Assembly (NCBI RefSeq): GCF_030028105.1
Contig: NC_092396.1
Coordinates: 24,431,474 to 24,495,473 of the forward strand
Direction of reading: 5' to 3'
Length of the DNA: 64,000 nucleotides
Origin: Mobula birostris
Taxonomy: Eukaryota
Part shown: piece by piece, positions 39,831 to 50,940 of the stretch
Layout of the letters: the number at the start of each line of letters is the position of its first letter
How positions within the stretch are numbered: the stretch's first letter is position 1
Notes under the pieces: model-generated
The model's input: only the letters and a program-made list of their open reading frames with translations
What the model was told of the DNA's origin: nothing
The model's database searches: none
Made by a program: the position numbers and the translations under genes

Positions 39831-40407
39831 GGTCCCAGCTCTGAGTCGATAATTTACGATTGTAATCACAGGGCCAAAAGATGAGTAGGGTTTGGTGAGC
39901 ATTAAGGCACCAACACTCCATCAGTGAGTGAGTTTATGAGTGAGTGGAACAGGGGAGGCTCGCCACAACCTTACCGCAATAGTCAGGCCAAATGACATGG
40001 AAGCTGCTGAACTGAGGAGAGGACAGAATTGTTAACGTACAGGGTATGGACATCCTTGGCCAGGGCAGCATTTGTTATCCATGTCTGATGCTCTAGAGAA
40101 GGTGATGGTGAATCACTAATTCCTGGTGAATTCACTCCCCCAACATTGTTGGATAGCAAGTTCCAGGATTTAGAGCCAGCGATGATGAAGGAATGGTGGT
40201 ATCTGTGTTGACCAGGATGACGTGTGACTTGGGGGAGACCTGCAGATGACTTTCATGTCTGCAGCCCTTCTTGTCCAAGGGGTATGGATGTTGTGGGCCA
40301 CACTTGTGCTGTTGGAGTAGACTAGATGAGTAGGTCCAATGCATTTAGGTGGGCAAACATGAATGCATGCATGTTGGTTTTCTCAAACTAGAGTTTGTGA
40401 TGATCTG

Positions 40408-40574
40408 GTGAACGCAGCAGGCCAGGCAGCATCTCTAGGAAGATGACAAAGGGTCCTGGGCCGAAACATCAACTGTACCTCCTCCTAGAGATGCTGCCTG
40501 GCCTGCTGCATTCACCAGCAACTTTTATGTGTGTTGCTTGAAATTCCAGCATCTGCAGATTTCATCGTGTTTGC
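40408..40574 (+). mobile_element. Palindromic pLTR-derived insert with 15-bp TSD and decayed hammerhead
   Basis: GTTTGTGATGATCTG at 40393-40407 and 40575-40589; arms invert around tgacaaagggtcctgggccgaaacatc. Confidence 0.8.
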
Positions 40575-41159
40575 GTTTGTGATGATCTGTTTGCTAAGAG
40601 AAGGACGGTGATGTTAAATGGGGAACAGGGTTTGTGATAGGGACTGAAAACAATGACTTCAGACTTAATATTATTTCATTGGAGGAAACTTCTGCCCATC
40701 TGATGCTGAATGTCAGACAAGCAGTCTAACTATTGTGACAATTTAGAGACAACGAGGGTATGAAATTCTTCTCCTCTCTGTTTCTTCTGTTCTTTCTTAT
40801 TTTCCTGCTTCCTTTCCTCAGTGAGTTGTTGGTGAGATACATGGGCAATCCTTATTTCTGTCTGCTGTTCTGCTATTGGAATGAACGTGAGGGGAAGATG
40901 TCCTCGGGGTCCAGCAGACTCAGAGGAGTGAGGTTAAGGGGTAGTGAGGTTAAGCGGTGATGAGTCTTGTTGTGTGGGTAACAGAGGATACACATGATGT
41001 TGGAGACACATTGACAAATGTGATTGGTTATCCTATAATCTTGTTCTGGACTTGGGGATTTTTTTGTAGAGTAGATGGCAGGAAGAGCTGTTGAAGTTGC
41101 ATTTGAAGGGGACTGCTTTTGATAGGATATGATTGGGCATAACATGACTACACAACCCA

Positions 41160-42312
41160 AGTATGAGAAAATACAATAGCAATACCTGTGTCAGGCTGCT
41201 GTTTATTGAGTATAGCTCGGTGTTTAGCACAATTATACAGTTAGTTCTAATCAACAAGCTACAACACATGGATCTCTGTACCTCCTCCTGCAACTGGATC
41301 ATTGACTTCCTCACTGGGAAACCACAGTCTGTGTGGCTCAGAAATAGCATCTTCTCCTCACTGACGATCAACACCGGCGTACCTTAAGGATGCATACTTA
41401 GACCACTGCTCTACTCTGTCTACACTCACAATTGTGTGGCTAGGCACAGCACGAGCGCCAGCTATAAATCTGCAGGAGAAACAGCTATTGTTGGCAACAT
41501 TTCAGGCGGTGATGAGGAGGCATCACAGGAGCGAGATAAATCAGCTGGTTGAGTGGTGTCACAGCAACAACCTTGTACTCAATGTCAGTAAGACCAAGGA
41601 ATTGATTGTGGGTTTCAGAAAGAGGAAGCAGGGGGAACACACAAGTCCTCATCAAGGGATCAGAAGTGGAAAGGGAGAGCAGTTTCAAGTTCCTGCGTGT
41701 CAACAACTCTGAGGATCTATCCTGGGTTCAACATATTGATGCAGTTACAAAGAAGGCACAGCGGAGGCTATATTTTATTAAGAGTTTGAGAAGAATTGGT
41801 ATGTCACCAAAGACACTTGCAAATTTCTACCGATGTACTGTGGAGAGCATTCTAACTAACTGCATCACCTTCTGGTATGGAGGGGCCACTGCACAGGGTC
41901 AGAAAAGTCTGAAGAAAGTTGTAAACTCTTCCAGCTCCATCATGGGAACTAGCCTCCCCGGCATCCAGGACATCTTCAAAAGGTGATGCCTCTAAAAGGT
42001 GGCATCCATCACCCAGGACATGCCCTCGTTTCATCGCTGCCATCAAGGTGGAGGTAAGGAGCCTGAAGACACACACTCAAAGTTTCAGGAACAGCTTCTT
42101 CCCCTCTGCCATCAGATTTCCGAATGGACAATGAACCCATGAACACTACCTCCCTATTTTATTTTCCTCTCTGTTTGCATTCCTTGTTTAATTTATACAT
42201 ATATAGAGTACTTACTGTAATTTAGTTTTCTATTATTATGTATTGCAATGTACAGCTACTGCAAAACAACAAATTCCACAACGTATCCTTGTGATATTAA
42301 ATCTGATTCTGA
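41160..42312 (+). mobile_element. Rex1/Babar LINE RT 3' portion (decayed)
   Basis: VRLLFIEYSSVFSTI, CNWIIDFLTGKPQSV, LNVSKTKELIV and KKAQRRLYFIKSL motifs; ctgattctga tail. Confidence 0.85.
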
Positions 42313-42693
42313 AAAAGATTGCGAAGGAAAACAAGATTAAAATGGAGTAAGGAGAAAAGTTAAAGATTAGTGTTGTTAAGACAATAGTTTAGAACCTGAT
42401 GAAAAACGTAGAACTGGTGACCAAAGAAAAATTGCTTGTTTTCCCTGCTTTGAGACAAATGTTTTTGGGTTGTGTGGATTGTGTGGGGTGTCACATTTTT
42501 GGGAGTCAAATGGAATCAAAGTGAAAGCTTCAGACTGGAGTCAAGCCAGGCCATTAATGTACTGATTGGTGTAGCTTCTGGGCACTTCGTTGTTGCTGGG
42601 CGGTGCACTGCAGGCTGGCAAATGCATTCTGACTATTTTAATCCCACTGCCTTTGAACCAAGATGTGGCGCTTTTTTTCCCAGCAATACTCAC

Positions 42694-43122
42694 CCATCCT
42701 CCTTTTTCTCTGATGATTGGGCATACGTTACTCTCCACGTACTTTCCAACTCTGAGTTCTAGCACTGCCTCCATGCCATTCTTCTGACAGTGTATAGCCA
42801 GCTGCCCTGCCAGCACATAAATAGGAAGGATACCACTCCAAGTCAGCTCTTTCTTCTGCCAGGGTTTCTCTGGTTGAAAATGCTCGTCCAGAATCCTGAA
42901 TAAATAGTCACAGGCATCGTCGGGGCAAACGTCCTTGAAAACCCGGGGCCATCGCTTGAAGAAGATGGGATATTTCACCAGGAGATCATCGCCTGCATGT
43001 CTTAGGGCTGCTGCCGTCACACTGGGAGCTGCCTTTGATGCCCTACCAGTCATGTACCTGATGTAATCCTGTGACATTACGTAGGCCTCCTGCACCACAT
43101 GTTCAGTGCTTTGTCCCATCAT
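42694..43122 (-). CDS. bcl2l16: bcl2l16 / Bcl-wav coding exon 1 (MMGQSTEHVVQEAYVMSQDYIRY...ALRHAGDDLL...LTWSGILPIYVLAGQL...IREKGGW)
   Basis: ORF 42541-43125: BH4-like DYIRY, BH3 LRHAGDDL, divergent BH1 LTWSGIL, BH2 start KGGW. Closely resembles recalled zebrafish Bcl-wav (ALRHAGDELLIRFPIFFRRWPRVF, ILDEHF). Donor TGG|GTGAGT at 42693; in-frame TAA at 43141-43143 upstream fixes the start. Confidence 0.9.
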
Positions 43123-43176
43123 CACAGCCTCCGAGACGGGTTATTGAACTGCTCCGTGCTGCTGGCGTCTCGGATA

Positions 43177-43197
43177 TCAGGAGGCAGCGTATAGCAT
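43177..43197 (-). other. Short upstream ORF (MLYAAS*) at the start of the bcl2l16 ATG-containing exon
   Basis: Acceptor ttatttttag|ATG CTA TAC GCT GCC TCC TGA, 75 nt upstream of the main ATG. Confidence 0.45.
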
Positions 43198-43307
43198 CTA
43201 AAAATAACTAGGAGAGCATAAGGGTGATCAGGCTGGGAAGAGATCCTGGCAAAACATCAGCGTCATTTTGTATCTCTGAGGCTGCTGGGGAAGATTAAAG
43301 AAAGCTG

Positions 43308-43795
43308 TAAGAACTTAAGATAGAAGAGCAGAATTAGGCAATTCGGCCCATCTAGACTGCTCTACCATTCCATTATGGCTGATTTATTATCCCTCTCAAC
43401 CCCATTCTCCTGCCTTCTCCCCGTAGGCTTTGATGCCCTGACTAATCAAGAACCTATCCATCTCCACTTTAAATATACCCAATAACTTGGTCTCCACAGC
43501 CACTGTGACAATGAATTCACCACCCTTGGGCTAAACAAAAGTTTTCCTCCTCTATTCTGAAGAGGCGTCCTGGTTTTCTGAGTTTGTGCCCTCTGGTCCT
43601 AGACTCTCCCACTACAGGAAGCATCTCCTCCACGTCTACACTGCCTAGATCTTTTAATATTCGATAGGTTTCAATGAGATCCCCCTCCCACCGCATTCTT
43701 CTAAACTCCAGCGAGTACAGGCCCAGAGCCATCAAATGCTCCTCGTACATTAACCCTTTCATTTCTGGGATCATTGTCGTGAATCTCCTCCGGAC
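43308..43795 (-). mobile_element. CR1 3' fragment
   Basis: ORF 43517-43774 (LGLYSLEFRRMR...DLIETYRILK). Confidence 0.8.
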
Positions 43796-44954
43796 CCAGA
43801 GAGGACTGAGCCAAATTAAAACTCTAAAGCATCAACAAAGGGTCACCTCCCCTCAACCTCTGCACTATCCCCTAAATGCTTGTTGGCATGTGATTGTGAG
43901 TAATTATCTAGTCAGGGAACTGAATTTGGCTAAAGTCCCTCTGCAGTTAAATATTCTGCTGATATCCTCTGGTTAGCTGAGGCACTGAGAGAGGCACCAC
44001 CTCAGTACCGCCAACTCCGGGCCGGGTTAGCACCTTGAAGACAGAAACCGAGGAGAAATATGTATAAGAATGTCACAAAATATGTGCAGGAGTCTTAGCT
44101 GTTTGAGCTCTCCCTGTCATTCAGTATCCCAGGAGATCTGCCCCAATCCCATTTTTGTCAATTCCAAACTCTTTCAAATCTTTGCCTTACGTGATATTAA
44201 ATACTTACAATGAAGCTAGTCTCTACAAGTGGGTTAGAGCATTCCAGACATTCATCATCCTCTGCAAGATAGAGATAATCAAATGCTGATGGATTTCAGA
44301 TATGCTACAGGCATGAGAATTTCGCTTGGGGGATGTAGGTACGCAAGGTTGAGTCATTTGGGCAGTGTCGTGTTTCACACATCTAGTATCAGCAACAATC
44401 TGACAAAAGAGCAATGATCCAATTAACATTTAATTATCATTAAAACTCTTGGCTGGGGGATTAATATCGAGCTTCTTTAAATAGTGCCGTGCAAATTGAT
44501 TGATCAAAGGTAAGTGGAAAGTTGGTTTTAAAGTTCAAAGCAAATTTATTATCAAAGTACATATATAACCATATAACAATTACAGCACGGAAACAGGCCA
44601 TCTCGGCCCTTCTAGTCCGTGCTGAACTCTTACTCTCACCTAGTCCCACCGACCTGCACTCGGTCCATAACTCTCCATTCCTTTCCTGTCCATATATCTA
44701 TCCAATTTAACTTTAAATGACAACATCGAACCTGCCTCAACCACTTCTGCTGGAAGCTCATTCCACACAGCTACCACTCTCTGAGTAAAGAAGTTCCCCC
44801 TCATGTCATCACACGCTACCCTGAGATCTTGCATGCATTCACAGTAATTACAAAGAAACACAATAGAATCAATGAAAAACACACATGGACAAACAACCAA
44901 TGTGCAAAAGCCAAAAATCTGTGCAAATACAAAATAGAAATATAAGTAAAAGTA

Positions 44955-45259
44955 AAGGCATCCGTTAGTCTTGCGAGACCATGGATCTGCGCCTGGAAAG
45001 TCTTCACTCTCCAGGGCGCAGGCCTGGGCAAGGTTGTATGGAAGACCAGCAGTTGCCCATGCTGCAAGTCTCCCCTCTCCACAACACCGATGTTGTCCAA
45101 GGGAAGGGCATTAGGACCCATACAGCTTGGCACCAGTGTCGTCGCAGAGCAATGTGTGGTTAAGTGCCTTGCTCAAGGACACACACGTTCCCTTGGCTGG
45201 GGCTCGAACTCACAGCCTTCAGGTTGCTAGTCCAATGTCTTAACCATTTAGCCACGTGC
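44955..45259 (-). mobile_element. Second copy of the same CORE-type SINE
   Basis: Near-identical to 16371-16672. Confidence 0.85.
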
Positions 45260-46445
45260 TATATATAAGCAATAACTATCGAGAACATGAACTTGAAAGT
45301 GAGTCCATGGGTTATGGGATCAGTTCAGTGTCGGGGCGAGTGAAGTTATCCCTTCTGGTTCAACAGCCTGATAGTTGAGGTGCAATAACCGTGTGGGTCC
45401 TGAGGCTCCTGTACCTCCTTTCTGATGGCAGCAGCGAACAGGGAGCATGGCCTGATGGTGGGGGTCCCTGATGATGAATGCTGCTTCCCTGCAAAGCTCT
45501 CTCTCCCTTGTAGGTGTGTGCCATGGTGGGGAGGGCTTTACTCATGGTGCACTGGTCTGTATCCACTACTTCTCGTAGGCTTTTCCAGTCGAGGGCATTG
45601 GAGTTTCCATACCAGGCTGTGACGAGACCAGTTGTTGTACTCTCCACCATGCATCCATAAAGTTTTAGATGACATCCCCAATCTTCTCAAACTTCTAAGA
45701 AAGTGGAGGCACTGCCGTGACTTCTTTGTAATGGTATATATGTGCTGGATTTAGGAAAGATCTTCTGAAATGAAAACGTCGAGGAATTTAAATATGCCTA
45801 CCATCCATGATCCCCTGATGATCATGGACCTCCAGATTGTTCCTCCTGTAGTCAATAATCAGTTCTTTGGTCTTGCTGATATTGAGAGAGGTCGTTGTTG
45901 TGGCACCATACAGCCAGATTTTTAATCTCCCTCCTGTATGCCAATTGATCACCAACAACAGTGGTGTCGTCAGCAAACTTAAATATGATGACCCCTGCCA
46001 GCCCCCGGAAAAATGACACCTGCAGAAATGTAACATTCTTCCAGGACTACCGTGTAGAATCAATTTAGATTATTTATGTACGGGGGAGAGGGGGAGATGA
46101 CAGGGCTGCCATTGAACCAAGCTGACATCAGGAATGGACTCCAGGGAGTAATAATTCCAACAACAATTAGATGCTTCACAGGGACTCCTGTGCTAAATAA
46201 ATAGTGTGCAAAATGGCATTAATCAGCTTTAATTATCGTGCAATCTCCCCACAGTTGTTCTCTCTGCGCATTCCTTCCATACTTCAAATTCACTTTTTGC
46301 TTTTAAACTGCTTTTCTGCCACAAATAGGACCCAGCTGCCGAGGCTGTGCAGCAAAAGTAGTGCGTATAAACAATATTTTAGGGGTATCCTGAGGAAATT
46401 GTTGGATATTCATTCCCCAGAGTCACCCTCCATTCCCTGCCACTC

Positions 46446-48780
46446 TCAGAGAACACAGATAATGAAAGGTGAAATATCAAGGTAAGCTAGCCAATAATAT
46501 AAGATAGGATACAAAAAGTTTTTTTCAAATATATAAAGAGTAAGAAAGAGGTGTGAGTGAGTGGATATCGGACTGCTGGAAAATGACACTGGAGAGGTAG
46601 TAATGTTTGACAAGGAAATGGCGGACAAACTTACTAAGTATTTTGAGTCAGTCTTCACCGCGGAAGACACGAGCAGAATGCCAGAAGTTCGAGAGTGTCA
46701 GGGGGCAGAAGTGAGTGTAGTTGCTATAACTAAGGAAAAGGTGCTCTGGAAGCTAGATAAGTCACCTGACCAGATGGACTACACCCCTGGGTTCTGAAAG
46801 AGGTAGCTGAAGAGACTGCAGAGACATTAGTAATGATCTTTCAAGAATCAATAGATTTGGGAATGGTTCCTGAGGACTGGAAAGTTGCAAATTTCACTCC
46901 ACACTTTAAGAAGGGAGGGAGGCAGAAGAAAGGAAATTATAGGCCAGTTAGCCTGATTTCAGTGGTTCAAAAGATGTTGGAGTCTATTATTAAGGATGAG
47001 GTTTCAGGGTACTTGGAGACACATGATAAAATAGGCCAAAGTCAGCATAGTTTTCTAATGGGCAAATCTTGCTTGAAAAATCTGTTGGAATATCTTGAGG
47101 AAATAACAGCCAGGATAGACAAGGGAGAGTCAGTGGTTTATTTGAATTCTCAGAAGGTCTTTGCCAAAGTGCCGCACACGAGGATACTTAACAAAGTAAG
47201 AGGCCACGGCAGTGGACACCAACCTCTGGGCCGCGGACCGATACATTGCCGCGAAGAATGCAGTGGTGCAGTGGTAGCCAGGGCGCACCCAGCACAGCTT
47301 TAAGAAAAAAGCCGAAATAAACAAGCTAATTAATTAGGTGCTGCCCAGCACGTAAATGTCGGCCCAGATCAGAGGTGATTGCCGATATGCGTCGCCTCTG
47401 ATCTGGGCCGACATTTACGTGCCCGGCGGCACCTAATTAATTAGCTTGATTTGCTCTGCCATTCCATCATGGCTGAATTATTATCCCTTTCAACCCCATT
47501 CTCCTACCTTCTCTCCATAACCTTTGACGCCCTGATTAACCAAGAACCTTTCAACCTCTGCTTTAAATATACCCAATGAATTGGCGTGTGCCCCTGGCTG
47601 TGGTAATGAAGCACGGGTGCGTTCCGGCCACCGCTGCACCCCTACATGCTTCGCGGCAGTGTATCGGTCCGCGGCCCGGAGGTTGGGGACCACTGTGCCA
47701 TGGTATTACAGGAAAGGTACTAGAATGGATAGAACATTGGCTGACTGGCAGGAGGCAAAGAGTGGGAATAAAGGAGACTTTCTTCGGTTGTCTGCCGGAG
47801 GCTAGTGGCGTGCCACAGGGTTAGCCTTGGGACCACTTTTTTCCACATTATATGTCAATGACTTGGATGACAAAATTGATGGCTTAGTGACCAAGTTTGT
47901 GGACGGTTCGGAGATAGATGGAGGGGCATGTAGTGTTAAGAAAGCAGGGTGTCAATGGAAGGATTCGGGGGGAATAGGCAAAAAAGTGGCAGATGGAGAA
48001 TTGTAGGGAAATGCATGGTCATACACTTTAGTAGAAGGACTAAAGGCATAGACTATTTTCTAAGTGGGGAGAAAATTCAAAAATCAGAGGTGCAAAGGGA
48101 CTTGGGGGTTCTCCTACAGGATTCCCTAAAGGTTACTTTTCAGGTTTGAGTTGGTGGTAAGGATGGGAAATGCAATGATAGCATTCATTTCGAGAGTACA
48201 AGAATACAAAAGCAAGGATTTAGTACTGAGGCTTTATAAGGCATTAGTCTGTCTGCACTTGGAGTATTGTGAGCAGTTTTGGGCCCCTTACCTAAGAAAA
48301 GATGTGCCGGCATTGGAAAGGGTCCAGAGGAGGTTCACGAGAATGATTCCAGGAACGAAAGGGTTAATGTGAGGAGTGTTTGATAGCTTGGGCCTGTACT
48401 CACTGGAGTTTAGAAGAATGAACCCTATTGAATATTGAACAGCCTAGAGAGAGTGGATGCGGCAGCATCTAGGACCAGAGGGCACAACTTCAAAACTGAA
48501 AGGCATTTCATTTGGAACAGAGATAAGGAAAAATTTCTTTGGACAGAGGCTGGTGAATCTGTGGAATTCATTACCACAGCCAGGGGCACACGCCAATTCA
48601 TTGGGTATATTTAAAGCAGAGGTTGAAAGGTTCTTGGTTAATCAGGGCGTCAAAGGTTATGGAGAGAAGGTAGGAGAATGGGGTTGAAAGGGATAATAAT
48701 TCAGCCATGATGGAATGGCAGAGCAAACATGATGGGTCAAATGCCCTAATTCTGCTCCCATGTTTTACGGACTTCTAAGG
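46446..48780 (+). mobile_element. Decayed CR1 RT to 3'UTR
   Basis: GNYRPVSLIS, SGVPQG, HLEYCEQFWAPY and RLVNLWNSLPQ motifs. Confidence 0.88.
47210..47695. mobile_element. hAT (Charlie/MER1-like) palindromic MITE inserted in a CR1
   Basis: Terminal inverted repeats CAGTGGacacCAACC / GGTTGGggaCCACTG; whole element is a hairpin centred near 47385; imperfect 8-bp TSD ggccacgg/tgccatgg. Confidence 0.82.
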
Positions 48781-49489
48781 TATGATTGACACACTGAACA
48801 CCAATAGCAGTTGAACAACACTCATCTGGACCCAAGGGATCCAATCATTTGCTAAGGTATCAAAAGTCAAAGTGAATTTATTATCGAACTAAGCATATAT
48901 TACCATATACTAACTTGAGATTCATTTTCTTGCAGGCATTTACAGGAAAATAATAAAAATATATATAATAGATTTTACGAAAAACTATACAAAGACTGAC
49001 GAACAACCAAAGGCTGACAAAAAAACTGTGACAGATTTCACAGAGGCTGTTGGTGTAAAAACATCTTACACGTCACTGCAAATCAGTAAAGCAACACACT
49101 GGGGGCAGGGAGTGACCAGAACAAACACAGTCGCTGTTGGGAGACAAGCAATCATGCAGGGCAGACAGTTCACAGGCCAGGCAACTTGCAACTGACACTG
49201 GAGTCGGAAACTGACAGGAACAGGTCCCACCGATAGAAGAACAATAGGGAAGATAGGGCCGGGGCAGCTGCTGCAGATCATTTGCTGTTTACTTCCGCGA
49301 TCTGGGAACTGCTGGCAAAACTAACGTCTATTAGTCATTCGCTTGCCCTTGTGAAGGTGATAATGAACTACGTTCTTGAATTCTGTATTTCGTCTATTGA
49401 AAATGGTGCTGCTGCACAGATTTCTGGGATGACAGTGAAGGACAGATAATATATTTCCAATAACACACACAAAATAGTCCTAGTCATAG

Positions 49490-50030
49490 TCATACTTTAT
49501 TGATCCCGGGGAAATTGGTTTTCGTTACAGTTGCACCATAAATAATAAATAGTAATAGAACCGTAAATAGTTAAATAGTAATATGTAAATTATGCCAGTA
49601 AGTTATGAATTCGCATTAAGCTGCAGATAATTCTGCTCACACCATGTGACAAAGTTTCCCACCGTAGACCTGTACTCAGCCCCATCTCCCTTGCTGATGC
49701 ATTCAACTGTGGCAGAGTCATCTGAAAACTTCTGAAGATGACAAGACTCTGTGCAGCAGTTGAAGTCCGAGGTTTAAATGGTGAAGAGAAAGGGAGACAA
49801 GACAGTCCCCTGTGGAGCCCCAGTGCTGCTGATCACTGTCGGACACACAGTGTTGCAAGCACACGTACTGTGGTCTGCCAGTCAGGTAATCAAGAATCCA
49901 TGACACCAGGGGAGCATCCACCTGCATCGCTGTCAGCTTCTCCCCCAGCAGAGCAGGGCGGATGGTGTTGAACGTACTGGAGAAGTCAAAAAACATGACC
50001 CTCACAGTGCTCGCTGGCTTGTCCAGGTGG
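49490..50030 (-). mobile_element. Rex1/Babar fragment
   Basis: VRVMFFDFSSTFNTI and WILDYLTGRPQYV motifs. Confidence 0.8.
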
Positions 50031-50940
50031 GCAGGTGAGGAACTCAGCAGGTGATGCAGCATCAATGGAGGGAAATGAACAATTGACACTATAGGCCAAG
50101 ACCTTTCATCAGGAAAGGAAGAGGGCAGAAGCCAGAATTAAGGGTGGAGGGAGGTTATGGAGAGAAGTACCACCTAGTGGGTGATAGGTGAATCAAGAGA
50201 GAGAGGGAAGGTAGGCAGGTGAGGGAGGGGGAGCGGGAATGATATGAGAAGCTGGCAGGTGGAAGAGGCAAGAAGGCAGAGTCTTATAGGAGAGGATAGC
50301 TGATCATGGATTAAAAGGACAGGGGTGGAGAGCCAGAGGGAGGAAGAAGGTGGTGGGTGATGGGTGGATTGTGAGGATGGAGGAGGGGAAAGAGAAAGGA
50401 TGAAGGGGCCACATGGTTAACGGAATAAAAAAGGGAGGAGATTGTGAACAGAGGGAAGTGGTTACTGGTAGTTGGAGAAATCGATGCTGATGCCGTCAGT
50501 TTGGAGACGACCAAGATGGAATATGATGCGTTGCCTCTCCACTCTTGGCCGCAGAGGAGGCCGTGGACAGACATATCAGAGAAGGAATGGGAAGTGGAAT
50601 TAAAATGGCTGGCCACCAGAAGATCTTGGCTGCTACAGCAAAGGTGATCAGTGAAACGATAGCCCCAGTTTGCATCAGGTCTCACCAATATACAGGGGGT
50701 TTGCATTGGGAGCAGACGTTGCAATAAAAGGTACCAATGGATCCACATGTGAAGTGCTGCCTCACCTGGAAGGACTGTTTAGGGCCTTGAATGGTGATGG
50801 GGGTTAAGAGGTGGAGGGGCAAGTATTAGCATAATTGTGGAGATAGGTGCCGGGATCAGTAGATAGGAAGATGCAGAAAGGGAGTTATGGAGGGAGTGAT
50901 CCCTGTGGAAATAGGGAAGGGAGGGGAAGATCAGCCTAGA
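50030..50940 (-). mobile_element. Penelope-like element 3' part (GIY-YIG remnant + pLTR)
   Basis: RFTDHL...LLVASHFNSTSHSFSDMSVHGLL; colinear with 29360-30130. Confidence 0.75.

Noticed and set aside
42541-42693. C-terminal part of ORF 42541-43125 as a single-exon 194-aa protein
   Set aside because: It reads through the GTGAGT donor after GGW; the BH2 end and TM anchor are in exon 26252-26127.
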